A stretch of DNA of 64,000 bases from an uncultured Chroococcidiopsis sp. (GTDB taxonomy: Bacteria > Cyanobacteriota > Cyanobacteriia > Cyanobacteriales > Chroococcidiopsidaceae), in the NCBI GenBank assembly GCA_964248365.1, contig CAXTYC010000028.1:1-64000 (forward strand), read 5' to 3'. Both the position numbers and the translations under genes were made by a program. Under the pieces are notes generated by a model. That model was not told the origin of the DNA, searched no databases, and saw only the letters and a list, made by a program, of their open reading frames with translations. Of the stretch, positions 1 through 8,105 are shown piece after piece; position 1 is the first letter of the stretch, and each line of letters opens with the position of its first letter.

Positions 1-518
1 TGACCCTTTTGAGGTCGCGCGTTTTTCTTCGTTCCCTTGGTTGGATTGTTTCGTTTCGTTAGGTGGAACCAATTTAACCACTGGATTCCCTGGACTCTTT
101 GCCGATAACGAAAGAATATTTCGGCGGGAATTTTCTCCTTGTGGGAGTTTTTCTCCAGTAAAGTCGGGTCTTTTTGTTGTGTCCCGCTTCCGCTTAGGTC
201 GCTTTTTCAGGCTCTGTTTCACCGTAGGGACTCCCCGTTAGCATGAGAGATTTGGGGGAGAATAATTCTTCCCCAAACTCTCTCGCCAGTGTCACCCCGC
301 AACGGATGTCTGATTGCGCCCCCATCCCAGCTTCACCCTCCAGAAACCGAGTCTGGTCAGTGTGGGCAGATAGGGAGTCACATCTGAGTCGGATGGGCAG
401 GGCTTTCACCTGCATCAGACCAAGAGTTCAACCGTACTTTCGTACTTGCTCTGGACGAGCTAGGTTGGTGAGGTTATTTACGGACTGAATACCGTGATTC
501 GCTCACAACGAATCGCAC
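1..518 (-). mobile_element. Group II intron, 5' part (domain I; IIB/chloroplast-like class); RT ORF and domains V/VI would lie beyond the left edge
   Basis: Minus strand begins GTGCGATTCGTT at 518 (GUGYG consensus); contains GGTGAAAGCCC, CTAACGGGGAG, an EBS2-like hairpin CGCAA-tcagACATCcg-TTGCG (298-318), an EBS1-like hairpin GGAATCCAGT-GGTTAA-ATTGGTTCC (65-89) and AACCAAGGGAACGAAGAAAAACGC near the domain I end. Confidence 0.85.
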
Positions 519-554
519 TTAAGGGTTACATCGGTTTCCCTGGAAGAGCCGACA

Positions 555-852
555 TAAAAATGAGGGCGCGGGAGGCTATCTTGTGAAAAATAAGGGAAGC
601 TTCAGACAAAATCCTTCACCTACTATGCACCCTGGACAACTCAAAAAAGCTTCCCTTATTTTTTGTCGCCAATTTCATGCCTATGATTGGGTTGTCTGTC
701 GGTATTAGGGGAGATCGCATTTGTTGGCAAGGAAGTAGCCTTGAAAAAATAGGAGAGCTTTTTTGAGTAGTATGTTGTGCAGAATGAATAGTCTGTGTTG
801 TATGAAGCTCTCCTATTTTTTTGGGCGTTGCGCTCCCACGCCCTCATTTTTA
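555..852. repeat. ~298-bp nested palindromic (MITE-like) element
   Basis: 20-bp terminal IR TAAAAATGAGGGCGYGGGAG (555-574/833-852, 1 mismatch); two internal 17-bp stems (586-602/647-663 and 744-760/805-821); flanked by direct repeat GGTTACATCGGWTTCC (524-539, 855-870). Confidence 0.75.
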
Positions 853-856
853 GTGG

Positions 857-1819
857 TTACATCGGATTCCTTATCATGCTTGCTTCTAAACTTTGATGTG
901 ATTCTAAACCCCAAGCTTGTGCTGCAACAGATTCTATATAGTCTGCATCCCCTGTTTCTATGCGCTTAATAATTCCCAGCGTAATGTCATCACCACTGCC
1001 TTGTTGCGAGGTATCGCTGAGGATGTTGGGCAGTTGTTGCGTCACAAAATCCATTCCTCTCGACCGAATCATCTCCTGATAGTCTTGACCGATTTGAAGA
1101 AAGTCTGTCTCTGAGCGAAAGGAATTCGAGTAGCCATCCGTAGAAACTAGAATCAGTGAAGGTGAGTTTTCTGAATGCGGTACTAGGCGTAATCGCACTT
1201 CTCGCCACGCATCTTCTGTGCAAAGAGAAGTTGTTTGATTAGCGATTAATCTTTCATCTAAAGCAAAAGGTCGTGTTGTTTTTCCACGATCTACACAAAG
1301 AATGTCACCATCGCCCAGTTGCAGGTAAAGAATGAACTCGTCTGTCACGACAACAGCTAAAAGCGTTGTTCCATAAGCTAGAAATGGATTATTTACTAAA
1401 GCGTCCTGTGCCTTTGTACCTTCCTTTTTCTCCAGTAATGCCCAATCTTCATGGGTAAAAGGAACTTCTTGCCTGTGGTGCTCGACAGCTTTGAGCCACT
1501 GGCTAACAATTATTTTCGGTAATTGTGTTTGTACTGCAACAGCGTCGCGCTGGTTATTCTCAAGCACAAAATTCTTAATTTGTTTCGTCGCCTGTTCGAC
1601 AGCAATTTTCGCTCCAATATGGCTGCGAAAACTCTTAGCACTACCGTGACCGTCGGATATAGTTAGAATTAGAGGCGAACCCGATCCAGATTCCGGCAAC
1701 CACCAAAGAGCGTCCTGATTAGGCAATCCTGCCCTTATGTGGGAGGCTCCTCGAACAGTTTTACCGCTACAGCGCCAATACGATCTGCGCTTTTGTTCCA
1801 CTGTTAACCTCCCTACCAC
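857..1819 (-). CDS. PP2C-family Ser/Thr phosphatase (YegK/TerY-P type)
   Basis: Motifs GASH..PNQDA, SDGHGS, GTTLL, QLGDGD, STDG, GDDIT; overlaps upstream vWA gene. Confidence 0.9.
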   Translation of the reverse strand: MVGRLTVEQKRRSYWRCSGKTVRGASHIRAGLPNQDALWWLPESGSGSPLILTISDGHGSAKSFRSHIGAKIAVEQATKQIKNFVLENNQRDAVAVQTQLPKIIVSQWLKAVEHHRQEVPFTHEDWALLEKKEGTKAQDALVNNPFLAYGTTLLAVVVTDEFILYLQLGDGDILCVDRGKTTRPFALDERLIANQTTSLCTEDAWREVRLRLVPHSENSPSLILVSTDGYSNSFRSETDFLQIGQDYQEMIRSRGMDFVTQQLPNILSDTSQQGSGDDITLGIIKRIETGDADYIESVAAQAWGLESHQSLEASMIRNPM

Positions 1820-2526
1820 ACATCATCGACGTTAGGGGGAGTAAAATCGGGTGGCTGGGGAATTGGCACATTTGTCCGCAGAGATTGGTTATATGCTCGA
1901 CTTGGTGGCGCAGAAGTTGCTTCTAAAACTACAGTAGAAACCCATCTAATCCGCCCAATCAAATCTTCTGGCTGGTTTGCTTGCAAGGGCTTAATTTCTG
2001 AGTGACCGATAAACTTCTGCAATACCTCATAATCGGCATCGTGACCGATTGCGATCGCAATGCGTGCTGCTTTTTTTCCCCAAGGTTGATCCATCAGTGC
2101 TTGGAGTCCGCTAGCAAAATCGTCAGTTGGCTGTCCGTCAGAAATCAGCACTAAGACGGGAGGTAGGGCGCGGTCAGTCATCGGTGGCATTTTTAATTGT
2201 TCTGCTACCAAAGCAAGAGCTTTGCCCATATCCGTAAGCCCCTCAGCATATAAATCAGACCACTGAAAGCTTTCAACGGGAGTCGCTTGTGCAATATGCC
2301 ACCACGCGCCATCGGAGAACCTAACTGCACGCACAAACACTTGAGCGTTGGGATTATCAATCGCGGCTTCTTGCATATGGGGAATCGCTTCTCGAATTGC
2401 TCTGTTAAGAGTCTGGATTTTACCGCTAATCGCCATAGAACCAGAGCAATCGCAAATCCAAATAAAATGCAGCGGTCGAGTTGATAGCTGTCCTCCCGGT
2501 CGTCTAACGAATGTCGGATTTGTCAT
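1813..2526 (-). CDS. vWA domain protein (TerY/YegL type)
   Basis: MIDAS DCSGSM, GLTDMGKAL, LISDGQPTD; RRPGG N-terminus typical of TerY-like vWA. Confidence 0.9.
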   Translation of the reverse strand: MTNPTFVRRPGGQLSTRPLHFIWICDCSGSMAISGKIQTLNRAIREAIPHMQEAAIDNPNAQVFVRAVRFSDGAWWHIAQATPVESFQWSDLYAEGLTDMGKALALVAEQLKMPPMTDRALPPVLVLISDGQPTDDFASGLQALMDQPWGKKAARIAIAIGHDADYEVLQKFIGHSEIKPLQANQPEDLIGRIRWVSTVVLEATSAPPSRAYNQSLRTNVPIPQPPDFTPPNVDDVW

Positions 2527-2566
2527 ATTTTCAGACCTTTGTTATTTGAATTTCTTCAATCTCCTA

Positions 2567-3496
2567 TTATTTTTTGACAACTAAACAGCCAGCTATCATG
2601 TCATGAAGAGCTTGTTTTTTCTCGGTAAATCCTGCCATGATAAAGCCAATGCACAAAATTGCTCCAGAAATGAACTTGCTAAAATGTCTGGCAGTTGCTC
2701 TACCAAAAGAAATTCTATTTCCATTCAAGTCAGTAACAATAATTCCTAGTGCTTGTTTTCCAAGTGTTGCTCGTTGTCGGGAACTCTCCATCAGTGCAAA
2801 GTAAAGCCAACCAAGAATTAGACCTAAGAAAAAGCCGACAACTCTAGATCCTTCCGCCGTGCCGCTAGCAGATCCATAGGCAATACCGATAATAAAGCCA
2901 ATAACAGAACCAAAAATATAGAGAATAACTCCATCTAATATGTACGCTAGAAACCTTTTCCAAAAACCTGCGTACTCTCTTGTCTTAACTTCAGCTTGAA
3001 ACGAATCTGATTGAACAAATCCTGATGCTTGTGGTTGTACGTTCCAGCTAGGATTGGGTACTGCCGAAGATGAATATTGTGCTGGAATTTCTTGGCGATA
3101 TTGCGGTTGAACAGATGGCGGTTGATGCTCAAATGAGGCATTTAAATTAGGTACGCTCATCTGTAGCTGATAAGAATCGTCGGGAGCACAAATCATCCCT
3201 AGCGCCAGCGCCCAAGATTCCACTCCCCATTTAGCAGCATCTTCTGTTAAAGCCAGGTTGTCATGCAGCCTTTTAGTCAGACGCGCTAGCAGCACTGTTT
3301 GCGGTACGCTATTTTGAGATGCTAGCAGATCGGCAGCGACTCCCTCGCGTAGCGCACCTACTAAAACAGCAATTTCTGGACGATATTGACCGTAGCTATC
3401 TTTGAGTAAAGCCTCGCAGCGACGGGGGTCGTCGCACAAGGAGCGACCATAAGTGGCGATGAGTTGATAAAGCTGTTGTCGTGGTAGATAATTCAT
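2567..3496 (-). CDS. RDD-family membrane protein with an uncharacterised ~100-aa N-terminal domain
   Basis: YAGFWKRFLAYILD...ATLGKQALGI...QALHDMIAG RDD signature; N-terminus paralogous to 3717-5048. Confidence 0.85.
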   Translation of the reverse strand: MNYLPRQQLYQLIATYGRSLCDDPRRCEALLKDSYGQYRPEIAVLVGALREGVAADLLASQNSVPQTVLLARLTKRLHDNLALTEDAAKWGVESWALALGMICAPDDSYQLQMSVPNLNASFEHQPPSVQPQYRQEIPAQYSSSAVPNPSWNVQPQASGFVQSDSFQAEVKTREYAGFWKRFLAYILDGVILYIFGSVIGFIIGIAYGSASGTAEGSRVVGFFLGLILGWLYFALMESSRQRATLGKQALGIIVTDLNGNRISFGRATARHFSKFISGAILCIGFIMAGFTEKKQALHDMIAGCLVVKK

Positions 3497-3716
3497 AAAT
3501 TAATTTTTTAGGATCAAAATTTTTGGTTAGCATCGATAGTTAGCACTTCTTTGTTGGACTCATTCGGGCCAGCTACTAAGGTTGCCTTGAGTTTTGTTTA
3601 CTCGTGGTCTAGGCACATAACTTCCTGGTGGTTTAATAACAGTGCTTGCTGGGGTTCTAGCAACCCTGCGTGGTAATGGACTTGCTTTTGGATTATCTGC
3701 AAAGCTTGTCTCCTCT

Positions 3717-5048
3717 CTAAGGATGCTTACCAACGCAACGGGAATTTAGCGGGAACCGCTGACACAAAATGCGCTGGGCTTCTGGTGAAAGAGGTCTTGG
3801 TTGATCTTGAACTGGTTTTGCTGGATACAAAACTGGCGGTCTTGGTTGAGGCTGAGCGGGTCGAGGTCTTGATCGACGTTGAACTGGTTCTGCTGGATAC
3901 AAAACTGGTGCTGGAATGGTTTTTAGTGGAGGATTTTGGGGTGCAGGGAATTCTGGCTGTTTTCTTGGAGGTTGCGGTTTAGGTGCTGCTATTTGAGACT
4001 CGGCTTTCTGAATAATTGGCTCTATCCGCTCTTGCCAGTAGGAATGATTTGTTACCTTATTGGCTTCGCTAATTGCACTTTGCCATTTACCTTCATCTAA
4101 AGCTTTTTGCGCTGCTTGTAAGTAAGATTGATTCTTTTGCCACTCTTTATTCCATTGCTGAATCGTTCCTTGTGCTTTTGGGTAAACAGAACTACTTTCA
4201 GGAATGCTTTTAGCTGTAGCAATTGCATCGCTGAGTTTGCCTGACTGATATTTTTTACTAGCAATTTCAAGAATGCTGTCAGACCACTCGCTAATACGTT
4301 GTTGTGCCTCTGGATATCCAACAGAATTGTGGAGAATTTTAGCCGCTTCAGTAATTGCCACTGCAAAGTTGTTATTTGCTGCTAATTGCTTAGCTAGGGA
4401 AAGCTGACACTGTTGAAGAAGGGTTTGAGCTTCGGTATAAATGCGCGAATTTTGAGGAATTGCTGTGGCTTGCTCCACGCATTCTTGGTAGTTTCCTTGT
4501 GCAATTTGAGTTTTAATCTGCTTTAGAGAACTTGTACCAAGCTGCCTGTAGAGCGCGTAAACTCCCAATGTACCAATCGCAATAGTGGTAATACTAGCTC
4601 CAATCAGTAAGCGGCGCTGTTTGGGCTTGCCAGGAATAGTAGAGATTTGAGGTTTTGGTAGAACACCAATTGCAGAAGACAGGCTTACTGTCTTTTCTGG
4701 AGGTTCTGGCTTTGGCTCAGATTCATCAGTACTTGGGATAACCCCTAAAGCTAGCGCCCAAGATTCTACCGCCCACCTAGCCGCATCTTCTGTCAAGGCT
4801 AGGTTTTCGCGTATTCTTTTGATCAGACGCGCTAGCAGCACTGTTTGCGGCATGTTTTTCTGAGATGCTAGCAGTTCGGCTGCAACTTTCTCCTTCAGCG
4901 CACCCACTAACACAGAAACTTCTGGTCGGTACTGAGCGCAGAGATCTTTGAGCAAAGCTTCGCAGCGGCGCGGGTCATCGCATAAAGAAGGGCCATAAGT
5001 AGCAATCAGTTGATAAAGCTGTTGTCGCGGTATGTTGTTCATCGGCAT
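3717..5048 (-). CDS. Membrane protein: shared N-terminal domain, single TM helix, TPR-like helical repeats, Pro-rich tail
   Basis: PRQQLYQLIATYG..LCDDPRRCEALLKD N-terminus; hydrophobic LLIGASITTIAIGTLGVYALY; AI..A..IP.S..Y..AQ repeats; PVLYPA repeats. Confidence 0.75.
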   Translation of the reverse strand: MPMNNIPRQQLYQLIATYGPSLCDDPRRCEALLKDLCAQYRPEVSVLVGALKEKVAAELLASQKNMPQTVLLARLIKRIRENLALTEDAARWAVESWALALGVIPSTDESEPKPEPPEKTVSLSSAIGVLPKPQISTIPGKPKQRRLLIGASITTIAIGTLGVYALYRQLGTSSLKQIKTQIAQGNYQECVEQATAIPQNSRIYTEAQTLLQQCQLSLAKQLAANNNFAVAITEAAKILHNSVGYPEAQQRISEWSDSILEIASKKYQSGKLSDAIATAKSIPESSSVYPKAQGTIQQWNKEWQKNQSYLQAAQKALDEGKWQSAISEANKVTNHSYWQERIEPIIQKAESQIAAPKPQPPRKQPEFPAPQNPPLKTIPAPVLYPAEPVQRRSRPRPAQPQPRPPVLYPAKPVQDQPRPLSPEAQRILCQRFPLNSRCVGKHP

Positions 5049-5608
5049 GTCTTCCCCATCTCCCGATTTTTTGATCTACACCAGCAGTTAGAAGAATTTA
5101 GGAGAGAGCAGCCCTTTGGCTTGCAAAGTTTTGCGATCGCATCGGAAAGAAGGGGCGATGATGGTATTGATATTTGCCCGACATAACTTTATCTCTAGCT
5201 CTAATTTTTTCGTAGCAAATTTACGATAAGTACTTCTGGTGGCTCAACTTTTTAACAACCATTCATAAATGGAAGCTGTTATACGGTAGCGCGATCGTGC
5301 CAAACCATGCTACCGTTTTCGGTTAGGCAAGCTACAAATGCATACTCGAAAAAGTGCTTGGTAGCAAGAGGTTTTCAACCCAAAATCCAAAATTCGCGCA
5401 TTGGTAGCGATCGTATAGAAGTACTAAAAAAACAATTTAATTTGAAAATTTAACCTAGTAAATTAGCCAAAAGTCTATTCAATAACCAGTAATAGGGTTG
5501 TGTTGCAAAAACGGCTGTGTTGCAAAAAATGGTAGGGTGAAATAGTTTCACCAGATAAAATTTATTGCCTGCTTTGATGACTTCTCAGTTCCCCTTGGGC
5601 GAAAACTG

Positions 5609-5756
5609 TAGAAAATTGGGCAATCGGGCGCAAAAAAGTTGCCGCCCTTTTATCAACAAGCAAGATCAATTGCAAATACGGCAACTTTTTTGCCCACCAT
5701 CAGCTCTTTATAAGGAGTCCAAACGTTAACCGTAAAGAGGATTGCCCAATTTTCTA
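5609..5756. repeat. Multibranch inverted-repeat structure
   Basis: Stems 5609-5625/5740-5756 (17 bp), 5630-5644/5679-5693 (15 bp), 5704-5710/5733-5739. Confidence 0.7.
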
Positions 5757-5874
5757 TAATTTCACGATTACCCTTCAAATAACAGATAACCTAAATAAGG
5801 TTGCCCATGTTTCTAGGCAAACTTCAACGGAAGAGGCACTGCCAAAGTCCTATGAAGCAGAGTTAGTAGAAGAG

Positions 5875-6343
5875 ATGATTTCACTAATGTCTTCATTAGC
5901 AGCTAAAATGCCAGATCTGGTGAGCAATTTAATATTAGTAGACAGTACAGGGATACCTGTAGATCCTATACCAAAAGTGTTAGTTCAAAGAACAATTGAA
6001 ATGACGCCTCACACGCCACAAATAAAATTTCCTCAAATCCAACAAGTTTTTCAAGGCTTTGCTTACAATCTTTTTTTAAAACTCAAAATACTATATATAT
6101 ATTATTACTATCATTAACAAAAGATTTAAAATCAGTTTTACCACAAATACAATCTCCTTGTCTAATTGTTTGGGGAGCTAAGGCTCTGACAACTCCCTTT
6201 AGTACTGGTAAGGAATTTTATCGACTTATTAAAAATTCAAAGTTAGTAGTTGTGGAGGAAGGTTATCACGAGTGGTGTATTTTCTTAGTGGGGAAATTTA
6301 CAAAAATTGTTTTTGATTTTCTTGATGAAAAGATTATGCATTA
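5875..6343 (+). pseudogene. Alpha/beta hydrolase C-terminal fragment, frameshifted
   Basis: AAKMPDLVSNLILVDSTG, then in another frame DLKSVLPQIQSPCLIVWGAK...EGYHEW; N-terminal half absent. Confidence 0.7.
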
Positions 6344-6423
6344 GTTAGGGTTGAAGGCAATCAACTTACTACTCTAAAATTTGTATAGGGAGGGTGGTTA
6401 ATAGCAGTCAATTTACTAGTACA

Positions 6424-6582
6424 CGAGTTACGCACTTGAAATCTGAAATCTCGATTCCCCCTAGTCCACGGACACTTTGCTCAAGTCGGGAAACCCTTAC
6501 CCCACAAGTGTCCTCCCCTTTTTAAGGGGGGACTCAAAGCCCCCTTAAAAACTCTGTTGGGGGATCAACTACGTAAGTCCTG
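6424..6582. repeat. Cyanobacterial small dispersed repeat/MITE (ACTTACGCA...CGTAAGTCCTG type with CCCCTTTTTAAGGGGG core)
   Basis: GAGTTACGCA start, TACGTAAGTCCTG end, internal CCCCT/AGGGG palindromes. Confidence 0.55.
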
Positions 6583-6676
6583 TAGTAATGGCGATCGCCC
6601 GATCATAAAAAAGCACTTGAAGGGAAGGATTTCGAGGAAGAGAAGATAGCGATCGCTCTACTCAATGTTTAAATTG

Positions 6677-7969
6677 TTACGCTACTATCTCTTCTTCTGC
6701 CTGGTCTTTTGATTCATCTCTAACTTTAAAATACCAGTAGAGGTTAGCAACAGCCAAATCTGAAGATTGTTGTAAATTGGAAAGGATTAATGCTTTATAA
6801 CCAACAGATGCTGCTTGCTTAGTAATATATAATTCAGCCTCTTTACGTAGCTTGGGCTGCATCATAAATATAATTTGATCGCACAAAGATAGGAAATGAG
6901 ACTTGTGTTTTAAATTTTCATATAGTAATTGTTCTGGCGGTGCTGGTAAGGCACTTGTAGTTTCTTTGGCGTTGGTATCTGAGCTACTAAAATCTGAGCT
7001 TAGCAACATTTTTGCATCTTCTGGAGATAAAGAACGCCTCCAATCAATGTGATTTTGCCTGGAGTTTAATACAGCTAGATCGTGGTCGTGAATTCGTTGG
7101 ATTTCAGGGAAGAGAAAATCAAGTTCATCCTCTGATTCACAACAATCAATAATATTGATAGTATCTTGGCGGATTTGGTGTTGTAAGTGGGAGAGGCGAT
7201 CGCTTACTGCTGCAAACTTATTTTGCACCTGATATGTTGCAATAATTGATTGGTCAATTGCCCAAGCACATTCTAGCCTGCGAAGTTGTCCAGCCGCGCA
7301 AGTTTCTTCTAATAAGTGAGGATTAGTGTAGTCTGCTAAAGCCTGAAATAACATTCCTCGTGCAGCATCAATTTCTGCATTTCTGCGGTTGATATCTTGC
7401 AACTTCAATGCCATTTGAAAACGGTGAAGCGCTTGAGTAAATAAGCCATAAGCTCGAACTAAAACCAAGCGATGCTGCTCAAACTTTACGTCATGGGCAA
7501 TTTCCAAAATCATTTGCTTAATTTCTGCCCCTTGATCCTTCAAGGCTTGTTCCAAGTTTATAAACCCGTTTTCTACTCTAACCTCCAGCCTTTCTACCGC
7601 CTTTCTTAGTTTCAGCGTTTGATACAAGTTCACTGCTGAAAGCGCTACACCAGCAGCAACACCGACACCAATTACAGCAGTGGTTGCTTGTAGAACTCCT
7701 ACACTCGTTTGGAGAGCATCGAGCATTCTATAGGTTTTTTGAAACCCCATGTGGGTTTGCATCATTTGTATGCCACCCAATGCAAACTGTGTAGGAGCAA
7801 CTAATGGTAACAGAGGGTTATTATTAACTACAGCACCAATTGCATGAGCGACGAAGTGTCCAGTAACTCGATCTCTCGCCATGCCAATTGGCACTCCATT
7901 GGAATAGACTTGCACATATTTGCCAGCGTCGATAGCAGCCTGAACAGCAGGTGTAAATTGAAATAGCAT
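6677..7969 (-). CDS. Hypothetical helical protein with hydrophobic segment, divergent from dynamin gene
   Basis: 430-aa ORF; VIGVGVAAGVALSAVNL hydrophobic stretch followed by coiled coil. Confidence 0.75.
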   Translation of the reverse strand: MLFQFTPAVQAAIDAGKYVQVYSNGVPIGMARDRVTGHFVAHAIGAVVNNNPLLPLVAPTQFALGGIQMMQTHMGFQKTYRMLDALQTSVGVLQATTAVIGVGVAAGVALSAVNLYQTLKLRKAVERLEVRVENGFINLEQALKDQGAEIKQMILEIAHDVKFEQHRLVLVRAYGLFTQALHRFQMALKLQDINRRNAEIDAARGMLFQALADYTNPHLLEETCAAGQLRRLECAWAIDQSIIATYQVQNKFAAVSDRLSHLQHQIRQDTINIIDCCESEDELDFLFPEIQRIHDHDLAVLNSRQNHIDWRRSLSPEDAKMLLSSDFSSSDTNAKETTSALPAPPEQLLYENLKHKSHFLSLCDQIIFMMQPKLRKEAELYITKQAASVGYKALILSNLQQSSDLAVANLYWYFKVRDESKDQAEEEIVA

Positions 7970-8105
7970 ATTCTGAAAATTATAAGCTTATATATTCGAG
8001 CTTAACTAGTCTTTTTCAGTCAAGATAACCGTATTTACTCGGTACTCGTTTGTGTTGAATCCAAGCATACTGGACGACAAGTATAACTGTAGAATTACAT
8101 ACATT

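Noticed and set aside
41..488. Short ORFs 41-241, 194-415 and 243-488
   Set aside because: They overlap group II intron domain I RNA and have no protein motifs
555..852. Retron msr-msd or IS110 bridge-RNA interpretation of the palindrome
   Set aside because: No retron RT or IS110 recombinase is adjacent; the neighbouring element has a group II intron 5' end
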